DNA of 64,000 nucleotides from Terracidiphilus sp. (GTDB lineage: Bacteria; Acidobacteriota; Terriglobia; Terriglobales; Acidobacteriaceae): NCBI GenBank assembly GCA_050014455.1, contig JBEKDH010000001.1, forward strand, positions 6,315 to 70,314. Reading direction: 5' to 3'. Made by a program: the position numbers and the translations under genes. Shown here piece after piece: positions 37,854 through 47,823 of the stretch. Positions within the stretch are counted from its first letter, which is position 1. Each line of letters opens with the position of its first letter. A model generated the notes under the pieces. That model did not search any database. It was not told the origin of the DNA and was given only the letters and a program-made list of their open reading frames with translations.

Positions 37854-38909
37854 CTAGTTCTGCGGCGGCGTGGCGTAGTAGCCCTTGCGCACCTGCACCT
37901 TCATCCCATCCCCGCGGCACTCCACCCCCAGCCGGCGAAAGCCGCCATCCAGCTTGGTGTTGCTGGGCGTGTAGCTGGCCAGATACTGGGTGCGCAATTC
38001 GTCCTCGATCTGCTGGAAGGCCGCCTCAAGCTTCTTGCCGTTGTTGCCCACGTCGATCAGCCGGCCGCCAGTCTCCTGGGTCAGCCGGGACATGGCCGAG
38101 TATCCCGAATAGCCAAAGCCCCCGTAGAAGCCCCGGTCTGCGATCAGGATCACGTAGACCAGCACATTCGACTTTTGCGCCGCGGCAATCGCGTCCTGAA
38201 TTTTGTGGTTGCTGCCCTCGTCCTCGCCGTCGGTGAGCAGGATCATCGCCTTGCGGCCCGACTCCTGGTTCAGCTTGACGTTAGCTGCCAGGTATACCGC
38301 ATCGTAGAGAACCGTTCCCTTGGGGTCGCCGATGGTGGGGACGGTGCCCCCGCCAGCTCCCGGAATCCCTCCGGCTCCGTTGCCGCCGGCGGTGTTGATC
38401 TCCGCCTTGTTCATGGCCCTGGTCAGCAGCCGGGCGCTGTTGGTGTAATCCTGCATCAGGTCCACATCCACGTCGAAAGAGAGAAGAAACGCCTCATCCT
38501 TCTGCCGGAGCACGCGTTCGAGGAATTGGCTGCCCACCTCCTGCTCCAGCGGCAGCACGCGCTGCTGGCTGCCCGAGGTGTCGAGCAGAATCCCCAGCGT
38601 CAGCGGCAGTTGGGTCTCGGCCACAAAGCTCTTCAGCGTCTGCGGAACCTTGTCTTCCGTGATGGTGCAATCGTCCTTGGTCAGGTGAGGAACCAGATTC
38701 CCGCTCTTGTCCTTCACCGTGAAGACGACATCCACCAGATTGGCGCTGAGCTTGAAGGTCGCCACCGATACTTCGTCGGGCGGCGCCGGCGCGTTGCTTA
38801 CCGGAGCCTCATCCGGCGATGGAGCGAGCTGAGCCCATCCCGCCGAGCAAAACGCCGGCAGGCCAAGCAGCAGAGCGGCAATTCCCGATCGAACGCGCAT
38901 TCTGGCCAT
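37854..38909 (-). CDS. VWA domain protein (acidobacterial VWFA-related type)
   Basis: Signal peptide; LLDTSGSQ MIDAS, GTVLYDAV, LLTDGED, ELRTQY. Confidence 0.88.
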   Translation of the reverse strand: MARMRVRSGIAALLLGLPAFCSAGWAQLAPSPDEAPVSNAPAPPDEVSVATFKLSANLVDVVFTVKDKSGNLVPHLTKDDCTITEDKVPQTLKSFVAETQLPLTLGILLDTSGSQQRVLPLEQEVGSQFLERVLRQKDEAFLLSFDVDVDLMQDYTNSARLLTRAMNKAEINTAGGNGAGGIPGAGGGTVPTIGDPKGTVLYDAVYLAANVKLNQESGRKAMILLTDGEDEGSNHKIQDAIAAAQKSNVLVYVILIADRGFYGGFGYSGYSAMSRLTQETGGRLIDVGNNGKKLEAAFQQIEDELRTQYLASYTPSNTKLDGGFRRLGVECRGDGMKVQVRKGYYATPPQN

Positions 38910-39174
38910 TTAGACGAAATCCGAGCCCCGAAGAAAGCATACCTGAACTCTTTCCCGGTGGACAGGCAACCTGCGCGGCTCTGCCGCGTCTGATACTCTG
39001 ACGAGTAAAGCTCTTCTTGCCGATGACCCTCATCTGCGGTCAGGTTCCAACGGTCAGTGGTCTGGCGTCTCGAACCACCGAGCGCTGGCTGCTGGAAGCG
39101 GCGGAAGGCTCAGCGGCCCCGGATCGTTTCCGGCCGACCGCCGAAGACGGATAACTGACCACTGGAGAAGACCT

Positions 39175-40491
39175 GTGAACCATGGTTTGACAGCAATGGC
39201 GCTGGCGGCGCTTCTGAACTTGAGCCCAGTTTTCTCTGCGGCGGCTCTGGCCCAACAGCAGCAACCCGCTGTGCCTGACGCCCCCACGCCCCAGGCACGC
39301 CCGCCTTTGACCGGCGCGGACGGCAACCCGATTACGCCCGGAATCGGCGCGGGCAACGAGCCGGAAGCTTCCACTTCGTCCTCTGCCGCTCCAGCCCAGC
39401 AGCCGCCTCCGCCCCCCGCCCAGACCAAGGACGATGTCCAGACGACTCCTCCCGAGCTGCCCGCGCCTGGTGAAGGCATGGCCGCGCTCTCCAGGGTGTA
39501 CAACATCAACGTGAACTTCGTCGAGGTTCCGGTCACCGCCAAGGATTCGAAGAGTAAGCTGGTGGCCGGCCTCACCTTCCGCGACTTCAAGGTGTATGAG
39601 AACGACACGCGCGTGAATTTGCGGCTCTTCACGGTAGATCCGGCCCCGCTCTCCGTCGCCTTTGTCATCGACCAGAGCCTGACCTCCGATGTGATGGCAA
39701 AGGTGAACAACTCCCTGGGCGCTATCCAGGGCGCGCTCACCCCATACGACGAGATTGCGGTCTTCTCGTACAGCAACGGATCCCAGAACCGCTCCGGCGG
39801 CTTCACCGGCGCACAGAGCGCGCGCGTTCCCTTCGTGCTCTCCATGACCAAGGCCGCGGGCGAAGAGGAGTTGGTGCCGCAGAACCAAGGTCCGCTGTCA
39901 GGTTGCAACATCCGCGAAAACGGCAACTGCGTCGATCCCAACCTGCAGCCGGGCCGCTCCACCGGCAGCTCCAGCGGCGTCATCACCATCCCCAAGGAGA
40001 TTCACACTCTCAACGACGCCATTCTGGCCGCGGCCAAGGAACTGTCAACCCGCCCCAAGGGACGCCGCCGCGTGATCTATGTCATCTCCGACGGCAAGGA
40101 ATACGGCAGCAAGGCCACGCTCAAGGAGGTAGTGCGCTACCTCCAGACCAATAACATCGCCGTCTATGGAACTCTGGTGGGCTCGTCCGCCATTTGGGGC
40201 GAGGGCTACATTAGCCGCTTCCACATCCCGTTTACCATGTACGACAACATCTTGTACAAGTACATTGCGGCTACCGGCGGTACGGCAGACTCGGAGCGCG
40301 GCACGGACGGCATTGAGAGAAGCTACGCCAAGATCGCCGAGGAGGCGCGCACCCAGTACACGCTTGGCTACTACAGCCACGAGCCGTTCATCGACGGGAA
40401 ATACCGCAAGATCGAGGTTCGAGTCGACCGGCCCGACATAGAGGTGAAGGCCAAGACCGGCTATTGGCCCTCCGGGCAGGATTCGCACTAG
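39175..40491 (+). CDS. VWA domain protein (acidobacterial VWFA-related type)
   Basis: Signal peptide, Pro-rich linker; VIDQSLT, TLNDAI, VISDGKE, RTQYTLGY. Confidence 0.85.
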   Translation: MNHGLTAMALAALLNLSPVFSAAALAQQQQPAVPDAPTPQARPPLTGADGNPITPGIGAGNEPEASTSSSAAPAQQPPPPPAQTKDDVQTTPPELPAPGEGMAALSRVYNINVNFVEVPVTAKDSKSKLVAGLTFRDFKVYENDTRVNLRLFTVDPAPLSVAFVIDQSLTSDVMAKVNNSLGAIQGALTPYDEIAVFSYSNGSQNRSGGFTGAQSARVPFVLSMTKAAGEEELVPQNQGPLSGCNIRENGNCVDPNLQPGRSTGSSSGVITIPKEIHTLNDAILAAAKELSTRPKGRRRVIYVISDGKEYGSKATLKEVVRYLQTNNIAVYGTLVGSSAIWGEGYISRFHIPFTMYDNILYKYIAATGGTADSERGTDGIERSYAKIAEEARTQYTLGYYSHEPFIDGKYRKIEVRVDRPDIEVKAKTGYWPSGQDSH

Positions 40492-40531
40492 CGCTGTGTC
40501 CATGAGATTTCGTAATCCAAGCAGAAGCCCT

Positions 40532-40567
40532 GGGTGCCCCAGGTTCCTCGCATTTGGGGACCTGGGA
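40532..40567 (+). repeat. REP-like family A copy
   Basis: GGGTGCCCCAGGTTCC-loop-GGGGACCTGGGA; compare 60563-60596 and 614-650. Confidence 0.7.
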
Positions 40568-40600
40568 AAGCAGGAATCCACATGGTCTGGGTACTAGCCC

Positions 40601-41461
40601 GTGACTTCCGCGGGAGCCGCCGCGGGCCTGGGATTGCTGTCGGCAGCAAGCTGGGGCGGCTCGGACTTTGTGGGCGGCGTGGGCGCGCGCCGCGCTCCCG
40701 CGCTGCTGGTGGTCGTCTCCGGGCACATCTTCTCTTTTCTTGTCCTCCTGGTCATCTGCATGGGGATCCGGCTGGCTGTGCCCAGCCCGCACTTTCTCTT
40801 CTATGCGGCTTTGGGCGGCTTTGAGGGTTCGCTGGCTCTGGCCATCTTTTATCGCGCCCTGGCCATGGGCGCAATGGGCCTGACCGCGGCCCTCACCGGC
40901 CTGCTCACCGCATTGGTTCCCGTCACCTTTTCTCTCTTTCACGACGGCCTGCCCAGCCCATTGGCCGCCGCCGGCCTGGCGATGGGCCTGGCCGCCATCT
41001 GGATGATTACCCATGTGCCCCAGGCCACAAGCTCCGGAGAGAAGGCCATGCCCACGCCGCCGGCCGCGCTCCTGCTCGGCATGCTCGCCGGGATCGGCTT
41101 TGGAGCACAGTTGATCTTCTTCAAATTGGCCAGCGGAGGCGGCATGTTGTGGGTGATGACCTCGGCCCGCGCAGCCGGCACTCTGGCCATGATCCTGGTT
41201 CTCGTTGTCATGCCGCCCAAAGGGCGCTGGCGGGGTTTCTGGCTCGCCGGCCTGGCCGCCGGAGCGCTAGACACCATCGGCAATCTCTTTTATTTGCAAG
41301 CCACGCGCTTTGGGCGCCTGGATGTCTCCGCACTGGTCTGCTCGCTTTACCCGGCCGGTACCATCCTGCTGGCCGCGCTGCTCTTGCGCGAGCGGCCCAC
41401 GAGCCGGCAGATGGCCGGCATGGCCCTGGCCCTGGCTGCCGTCGTGCTCCTGAGCGTGTAG
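40601..41461 (+). CDS. EamA/DMT family membrane transporter
   Basis: About 10 TM helices; SWGGSDFVGG; SLYPAGTILLA..LRER. Confidence 0.88.
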   Translation: MTSAGAAAGLGLLSAASWGGSDFVGGVGARRAPALLVVVSGHIFSFLVLLVICMGIRLAVPSPHFLFYAALGGFEGSLALAIFYRALAMGAMGLTAALTGLLTALVPVTFSLFHDGLPSPLAAAGLAMGLAAIWMITHVPQATSSGEKAMPTPPAALLLGMLAGIGFGAQLIFFKLASGGGMLWVMTSARAAGTLAMILVLVVMPPKGRWRGFWLAGLAAGALDTIGNLFYLQATRFGRLDVSALVCSLYPAGTILLAALLLRERPTSRQMAGMALALAAVVLLSV

Positions 41462-41467
41462 AGAGGC

Positions 41468-41695
41468 TCAGTATTCTGGCGGATCTTCTTCCAGCGCTCT
41501 CAGCCTCTTGAGTACCGGCCAATCGGAGAAGGCAAGCCACAGAAACGCAAGGACGTTCAGATAGGGAACGATCATTACCAAACTCACCAGGGGTATGTAT
41601 CCAGCCTTCTTGAACAGCTGCCAGAAAGGCGCAATGAACAGCAGCCCGACGAACATCAGGAGAAGCAGGTGCCGAGGGTGAAGCAAGAGCTCCAT
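41468..41695 (-). CDS. Small membrane protein (75 aa)
   Basis: PFWQLFKKAG..SLVMIVP..NV..LWLAFSDWP; SD GGGAG; AT-richer than neighbours. Confidence 0.65.
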   Translation of the reverse strand: MELLLHPRHLLLLMFVGLLFIAPFWQLFKKAGYIPLVSLVMIVPYLNVLAFLWLAFSDWPVLKRLRALEEDPPEY

Positions 41696-41890
41696 GATTG
41701 AATCTCCCTTCAATCCCATGCCATCACCCCGGCTGGGCACACGGCCGAGGCGAACCGTTCCCAGCCAGGATTCCACTTCAATCTTCGAATGTCACGGATT
41801 ATACTCACGATTGCCTCTGGGCGGAAACATCCTCGCGTCTCGAACCCTGTGTGGGAGCGCCGGTGCGGAAGTGTTGCTGCCAGGACGCAG

Positions 41891-41917
41891 AAAAGGCCCG
41901 CACTTTCGCACAGGCCT
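41891..41917 (-). terminator. Intrinsic terminator after tatA
   Basis: AGGCCTGTGC-GAAA-GTGCGGGCCT-TTT on the minus strand. Confidence 0.65.
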
Positions 41918-42007
41918 TCAGATTCTGCCGGTCAACTCGCGCGGCCCAGGCAAAGGCAACCCGACTGGCTTGAATCCCAGCTTCGGAGCCTTGGCCTCCG
42001 CAGCGCC

Positions 42008-42232
42008 TTACTTGGGCTCGATCGGAGCCGATGTCGGTTGAGCTGGAGGCGCATTCTGCTGCACCGTCGGTGCAGGGGGAGTGGGGTCGGCAACACCTTT
42101 GATGCCTTCCTTGAAACCCCTCAATCCCTCGCCCAGGCCCTTGCCAAGCTCCGGCAGCCGCTTGGAGCCGAACAGCAAGAACGCAACCACGCCCAGCACC
42201 ACCAAGTGCCATGGCTGAAGCAGATCGCCCAT
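42008..42232 (-). CDS. tatA: Twin-arginine translocase TatA/TatE subunit
   Basis: WHLVVLGVVAFLLFGSKRLPELGKGLGEGLRGFKEG. Confidence 0.93.
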   Translation of the reverse strand: MGDLLQPWHLVVLGVVAFLLFGSKRLPELGKGLGEGLRGFKEGIKGVADPTPPAPTVQQNAPPAQPTSAPIEPK

Positions 42233-42305
42233 AGTCTTTTCCTCCGCGCACCGCGCCGGCGCGCATCATGCATGGTTATTGTCGCACAAATCCAGGCGTC
42301 CCATC

Positions 42306-42842
42306 CTAGTTCACCTGCGCAGGTTTGCCCAGCCTCTCCGTCACCATGGCGTAAAAGGCGCCCAGGTCTTCCTCTTCGCCCACGGTCAGCCTGCGATAAA
42401 CCTTCAACAACGGAAACAGCCTTGAGGCGCGCACTTCGACGGCCGGAACCGCGACCGCGCCGCCGGGATACTGCGTCATCTCCCAGCTGCCGGCATAGCG
42501 CCGCCGCAGAACCTCGCCCAGGTAGCTGCCCCAGAGCCGAACCTCGAAGTCCAGGTCAAGCTCCGGGCTCTCACCCACCAGCACCAGAATCTCGTCCAGG
42601 CTGTCGATGGATTCCGAGGTAAAATCCAGCTTCCGATCGAACTCGCGCCTGGCCAGCTCGGCCGCCGCGCGCGCGTAGCCCTCCATCATCGCTCCCAGAT
42701 CGGGATAGACCGCCGATTCCAGCCTCTTGCGCAGGTCGCTCGCCACACTCCAGAGTACATCTCCAGGCGTCCTCGCCAAAGCATGGAGATGGAACCGCTC
42801 CGCATCTTTGTGGCAGACTGAGAACAGCAGTGGAGGCTCCAT
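42306..42842 (-). CDS. Hypothetical protein
   Basis: Coding-like GC3 bias; motif WGSYLGEVLRRRYAGSW; start ATG 42842. Confidence 0.7.
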   Translation of the reverse strand: MEPPLLFSVCHKDAERFHLHALARTPGDVLWSVASDLRKRLESAVYPDLGAMMEGYARAAAELARREFDRKLDFTSESIDSLDEILVLVGESPELDLDFEVRLWGSYLGEVLRRRYAGSWEMTQYPGGAVAVPAVEVRASRLFPLLKVYRRLTVGEEEDLGAFYAMVTERLGKPAQVN

Positions 42843-42843
42843 C

Positions 42844-43347
42844 GTGAAGACCGTAAAGCTTCTCGCCCTCGCCGTTTTGCTCACGCTTACCGCCAGCCCC
42901 GCCCGCTCAGCGGGTCGCGATATCTATCCCGACCCGGCACAGGCCAAGGCCGACCTGGCCGCCGCCCTCACAACCGCTGTCCAGACCCACAAGCACATCC
43001 TGCTCGACTTTGGCGGCAACTGGTGCGGCGACTGCCAGGTCTTGGATATTTACTTCCACGACGCCACAAATCTGCCCCTCCTGGAGGCCAACTTCGTCCT
43101 GGTTCACGTGAATATTGGGGAGACCGGGATAAACGCCAACTTCGACCTTGCCGAGAAGTACGGGATTCCTCTACACAAGGGCGTGCCGGCGCTGGCCGTC
43201 CTCGACGAGAAGGGCGCGCTGCTCTATAGCCAGAAGGGCGGCGAATTCGAAGACATGCGCCATCTGGAATCCTCGGCCCTGACCGCCTTCCTGATGCAAT
43301 GGAAGCCCGCCAAGCCCGGCTGCTCGGCGGTTATGGTGAACTGCTGA
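42844..43347 (+). CDS. Exported thioredoxin-family protein
   Basis: Signal peptide; FGGNWCGDC CxxC; GVPAL cis-Pro; GTG 42844 with SD GGAGG. Confidence 0.85.
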   Translation: MKTVKLLALAVLLTLTASPARSAGRDIYPDPAQAKADLAAALTTAVQTHKHILLDFGGNWCGDCQVLDIYFHDATNLPLLEANFVLVHVNIGETGINANFDLAEKYGIPLHKGVPALAVLDEKGALLYSQKGGEFEDMRHLESSALTAFLMQWKPAKPGCSAVMVNC

Positions 43348-43505
43348 GCCACTTCCTGCTTGTCGGGCGCATCGAACTCGCTTCCTTCGCATTGAATGCG
43401 GCGCAGGAGCGATTCGGTCCTGAATGAGTCTTGAGGCGGCCGGCCGGCCTGAACGCGGCGGCGGACTGGCATAAACTTGTAGCAGGTGGAACGGAAGGTA
43501 ACGAT

Positions 43506-44336
43506 ATGAAACTGATGCAAATGGCGGACCCGGTTCGCTATCCCCACATGTCCACGGCGGAGTTGCGCTCGACGTTTCTCGTCGACGGCCTCTTCGCGCC
43601 GGGCCTCGTTGAGCTTGTCTACGTCGATCTGGACCGCGCGGTCATCGGCTCCGCGGTGCCTTTGGGCGAAGCCCTGCCGCTGCCCTGCCCAGCAGAACTG
43701 CGCGCTGCCCGGTTCACTGGGAGACGCGAGCTGGGCGTCTTCAATATCGGCGGCGATGGGACGGTAGAGGTGGATGGAGAAGCCCATGCGCTGGGTAATC
43801 GCGATGCGCTTTACATCGGAAAAGGCGAGCACAGCATCTCCTTTTCAAGCGCCAACCCGAGCCAACCCGCCGAGTTCTATCTACTGAGTTATCCGGCCCA
43901 CGCGGTTTATCCCACCGCAATCGTGCGCGCACCCGACCGGATGCCAACGACGCTTGGCTCTGCCGCCACGGCCAATCACCGCACTATCAACAAGCTCATC
44001 CACCTGGAGGGCGCGCGGAGCTGCCAGTTGGTGATGGGTTTCACCGAGCTTGCCGAAGGCAGTGTTTGGAACACCATGCCGCCGCACACACACATGCGCC
44101 GCTCTGAGATTTATCTTTACTTCGACATTCCTGCCGATCATCGGGTCGTCCATCTGATGGGACCGGCCACTGAGACCCGGCATCTTCTGGTAGCCAATAA
44201 GCAGGTGGCTATCTCGCCCGGATGGTCGATCCATGCCGGCGTGGGCACGGCCAGCTACTCTTTCTGCTGGGGCATGGGCGGAGAAAACCAGGTCTACTCA
44301 GACATGGATGCGCTGCGCATTCCAGATCTTCTTTAG
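43506..44336 (+). CDS. kduI: 5-dehydro-4-deoxy-D-glucuronate isomerase
   Basis: LRSTFLVDGLF, RRELGVFNIGG, WNTMPPHTHMRRSE, ISPGWSIHAG, WGMGGENQ. Confidence 0.93.
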   Translation: MKLMQMADPVRYPHMSTAELRSTFLVDGLFAPGLVELVYVDLDRAVIGSAVPLGEALPLPCPAELRAARFTGRRELGVFNIGGDGTVEVDGEAHALGNRDALYIGKGEHSISFSSANPSQPAEFYLLSYPAHAVYPTAIVRAPDRMPTTLGSAATANHRTINKLIHLEGARSCQLVMGFTELAEGSVWNTMPPHTHMRRSEIYLYFDIPADHRVVHLMGPATETRHLLVANKQVAISPGWSIHAGVGTASYSFCWGMGGENQVYSDMDALRIPDLL

Positions 44337-44445
44337 CCATCGTATTCCCGGCGGCGAAAACCGGCTGGCCGGACAGGCAGGTGAGAGACAAGGCAGCCGC
44401 GGGGCCGGACCGTTGAAGCGGTCCGATCCCCGCGCGGCAAATCGA

Positions 44446-45108
44446 TCATTGGGCCTTGTTGCTGATGGTGTGCACAATGGCAATCTGCGTCTTGCCGTTA
44501 TACTGCGACGCATTGGCGGTAACCGTCACGATGATCGATTCCTGCTTGCTCTTCTGTGCGGAAAGCACAGCGCTGTTGGCGGTATCGTACACCGAGAGCT
44601 CGCTGCCGAGCCTGCCCTTGTAAAAGTTGACCACCTGGTCCTTCGAATCCGGCGTGACAAACACGGCAGAAACCCAGGAGCCAGTCGGCATGGTCATCCT
44701 CATGCTGCCCTTGCCGGACTGGGCGCCAGGATAGATATCCGTGCCCAGATCCGAGGCGCTGAATGTCTCGGTCGCGTTGGCGCTGATGGCGCCGCCGGGG
44801 GTATTCAGCGTCACATGGGCGTTGTCGCCTGTGCCGGATACATGAATGGAGTGCATGACCCGGTAGGCCAAGACCCCGAATGCCAGCACGATCAGAAGAC
44901 CCAGCCCCACGATTACGGCCACGACGATCAGGACGATCTTGAGCGCGCCGCCAGATTTGGCCGGCGGAGCTTCGGGTTGAGCAGGCGCAGCGGCGGATTG
45001 GGAAGGCGTCGCCACCGGGGCCCAGGCGCCAGTCGGCGCGCCGCAGGCGCTGCAGGTTTGCTTGTCGGCGGATAGTTCAGCTCCACACTTTGCGCAGAAG
45101 CTAGTCAC
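44446..45108 (-). CDS. Zinc-ribbon membrane protein
   Basis: FCAKCG..CSACG double CxxC, one TM helix, extracytoplasmic domain; GTG start with SD AGGAG. Confidence 0.8.
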   Translation of the reverse strand: MTSFCAKCGAELSADKQTCSACGAPTGAWAPVATPSQSAAAPAQPEAPPAKSGGALKIVLIVVAVIVGLGLLIVLAFGVLAYRVMHSIHVSGTGDNAHVTLNTPGGAISANATETFSASDLGTDIYPGAQSGKGSMRMTMPTGSWVSAVFVTPDSKDQVVNFYKGRLGSELSVYDTANSAVLSAQKSKQESIIVTVTANASQYNGKTQIAIVHTISNKAQ

Positions 45109-45260
45109 AATGATCTCCTTCTAGTTGAATTCTCCTCCGGACCTCGGATCCTGTTTTCCGGACTAGGAGCCAGAATAACTCAATGCGCTATCCCCGTGCC
45201 CGCATTTTTCAGCCGCTGCCCTTGCAACCCATCGAATTCCCGTCATCACTAGCCTGTGGG

Positions 45261-47399
45261 CTAGCCCCGCCTGCTTGCAGCCTTCACCGGCGCCCTGGGA
45301 GCGACAGGCCTGGGGATGCCGCTCAGCTCCGCCTTGCCCTCGGCCAGTTGCATGAGAAACTCCTGGCTCGAAAATGCCTTCGCATCCTTGAGCGTCTTGA
45401 TGGCGCGCAGGTAGCTGCCGTCGGGCTGCTGCAGGCGGGCCTTGATCGTATCGGCCAGATACGCGGGCAGAATCTCATCGTGAATGCGGGCCCGGGCTGC
45501 CGCGTCGCGCACCGGAAAGACCACCTCGCACCGCTCGAAGAGGTTGCGCGGCATCCAGTCGGCCGAGCCCAGATAGATTTCGTCGTTGCCGCCGTTGGCA
45601 AAGTGGAAGATGCGCGAGTGCTCAAGGAAGCGGCCCACGATCGAGCGCACGCGAATCCGCTCCGACATGCCCTTGACGCCGGGGCGCAGGATGCACAGGC
45701 CGCGGACAATCAGATCGATCTCGACGCCGGCCTGCGAGGCCTTGTAGAGCGCCTCGATCACGCTGGGCTCCAGCAGTGCGTTCATCTTGGCCACGATGTG
45801 CGCCGGACGCCCGGCCTGGGCGTGCTCCTGTTCGCGGCGGATAAGACCCAGAAAGCTCTCGGCCATGGTCAGCGGCGCCACCAGCAGCGGCTTGTAGTCG
45901 TCGATTTCGGCGTGAGCGGTGAGGTAGTTGAAGACCATGTGCACCCGCTCGGTGATCTGCGGATCGCTGGTCAGCAGGCTCAAATCGGTGTAGAAACGGG
46001 CGGTGACAGGGTTGTAGTTGCCCGTGCCCAGGTGGCAGTAACGGCGAGTCACGCCGTCCTCGTCGCGGCGCACCAGCATGGCCAGCTTGCAGTGGGTCTT
46101 CAGCCCCACCACGCCATGAAAGACCTGCACTCCGGCGTCCTCCATGCTGCGCGCCCAGCGGATGTTCGAGGCCTCGTCGAAGCGGGCCATCAGCTCCACC
46201 ACGAGCGTGGCCTCCTTGGTGGCCGCCGCCTCGATCAGCGCCTCGAACAGGGGCGCATCTTCGCTGGTGCGATAGAGAGTCTGCTTCATCGAAACCACGG
46301 CCGCATCTTCGGCGCCTTGCTGGATGAACTCCACCACCGCGTCATAGGAGTCGAAGGGGTGGTGGAGCAGAATATCGCGCTGCCGCAACTCGTCGAAGAT
46401 GCTGTTGGACTTGCTCTTCAGGTGCAACGGCTTGGGCGTGAAGGGCGGGAACTTCAGATCCGGCCGCTTCACGTCGCTATAGAAGAACATTAGCCGCGAC
46501 AGGTTCACCGGACCCTCGCCGCGAAAGACCTGATCCTCATCGAGCTCGAAGTTCACGCGCAGCCGCTCGACGATCTCCTTATCAGCGCCGGTCTCGATCT
46601 CCAGCCGCACCGCATCCCCTTTGCGCCGGTTGTGCAGCTCCACGCGAATGCTCTCCAGCAGCGAACGCGCCTCTTCCTCTTCGATGTAGAGATTCGAGTT
46701 GCGGGTGACGCGGAAGGCGGCGTGAGCCTGAACCTCGTAACCGCGGTACATGCCGGCCAGATTCTGCGCAATCAGATCCTGCAGCAGCAGGTAGTCGAAG
46801 GCCCCGTCGGCCGAGGGCAGCCGGACAAACCTGGCCAGCGTGCGCGGCACCGTCACCACCCCCAGTACCTGCGGCCCTGAGCTGCGCCGCTTGGCCCTGA
46901 GCAGCAGCGCCAGGCAAAGAGCCTTGTTCAGCACGCGCGGAAACGGGTGCGCCGGATCGATCGAGATGGGCGTCAGCAGGGGATCGACCTCGCGCTGGAA
47001 GTACCCCTGCGCAAACGCCCGCGCCTCATCGTCCAGTTCCTTCCACTCCAGCAGCCGGATTCCCTGCTTGCGCAGCTCGGGAAGCAGCTTCTCGTTCCAG
47101 CATTCGTACTGGGCAGCCACAAAGCTGTGAATCTCCGCGGTCAGCACGGCCAGCGACTCATCCGGCCGCAGTCCGTCGAAGCCCGGCTCGCGGTAGCCGT
47201 CCTCAATCCGCTGCAGCAGCCCGGCCTGGCGCACCTCGACATACTCGTCCAGGTTGTTGGCCGTGATGGACAGGAACTTCACCCGCTCCAGCAGCGGGTT
47301 GGTCGCGTCCTCAGCCTCTTCAAGCACACGCCGGTTAAACTGCATCCAGGAGTGGTCCCGGCCGTTAAAGAGCTTTTGTTTCGTTGTGGTTCGGGCCAT
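45261..47399 (-). CDS. ppk1: Polyphosphate kinase 1
   Basis: SWMQFNRRVLEEA, LERVKFLSI, DPAHPFP, KTHCK phospho-His, GTGNYN, RFLEHSRI, GSADWM. Confidence 0.96.
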   Translation of the reverse strand: MARTTTKQKLFNGRDHSWMQFNRRVLEEAEDATNPLLERVKFLSITANNLDEYVEVRQAGLLQRIEDGYREPGFDGLRPDESLAVLTAEIHSFVAAQYECWNEKLLPELRKQGIRLLEWKELDDEARAFAQGYFQREVDPLLTPISIDPAHPFPRVLNKALCLALLLRAKRRSSGPQVLGVVTVPRTLARFVRLPSADGAFDYLLLQDLIAQNLAGMYRGYEVQAHAAFRVTRNSNLYIEEEEARSLLESIRVELHNRRKGDAVRLEIETGADKEIVERLRVNFELDEDQVFRGEGPVNLSRLMFFYSDVKRPDLKFPPFTPKPLHLKSKSNSIFDELRQRDILLHHPFDSYDAVVEFIQQGAEDAAVVSMKQTLYRTSEDAPLFEALIEAAATKEATLVVELMARFDEASNIRWARSMEDAGVQVFHGVVGLKTHCKLAMLVRRDEDGVTRRYCHLGTGNYNPVTARFYTDLSLLTSDPQITERVHMVFNYLTAHAEIDDYKPLLVAPLTMAESFLGLIRREQEHAQAGRPAHIVAKMNALLEPSVIEALYKASQAGVEIDLIVRGLCILRPGVKGMSERIRVRSIVGRFLEHSRIFHFANGGNDEIYLGSADWMPRNLFERCEVVFPVRDAAARARIHDEILPAYLADTIKARLQQPDGSYLRAIKTLKDAKAFSSQEFLMQLAEGKAELSGIPRPVAPRAPVKAASRRG

Positions 47400-47823
47400 C
47401 GAATTCGTCCAGCGCGCCGTGTTGGCAGTCTACAGGATTTACCCCATTTCCGGCACACGAGTTTCCGCCTGAGCAAAAACTCTCCATCAGGCAATCCATA
47501 CAGCACGCGCAGCGGATTTGATGTTAAGGGCAGGCAAAAACTTTGATCGGCAACTGCGGCAACCCTCTACAACCTGAACCGGCTTCCAATCAGGCTGTTC
47601 CGCTCCGCATTCTTATGCATCCGTAAATGCCCTGCCAAAGCAGGCTTTTCGGCCATGGATTGGTTCTAGCCAATTCACATCGTCCTGTGTTAGCGTTCTG
47701 ACGTGCAACATCCGGCGCGCACCGCCCCGTAAGACCCGTTCCCCGAGCCTCCCTGAATTTGGTTTGAAGCGCTGCCTTCCGCACATTCGCTTCGGCGCGA
47801 CCGGTTGCATCCGAGGTCAAACT

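Noticed and set aside
43469-43485. Sigma-54 site upstream of kduI (TGGCATAAACTTGT)
   Set aside because: Spacing is one nt short and the -12 GC is absent. A similar one-short case upstream of the papain-like gene was also rejected.
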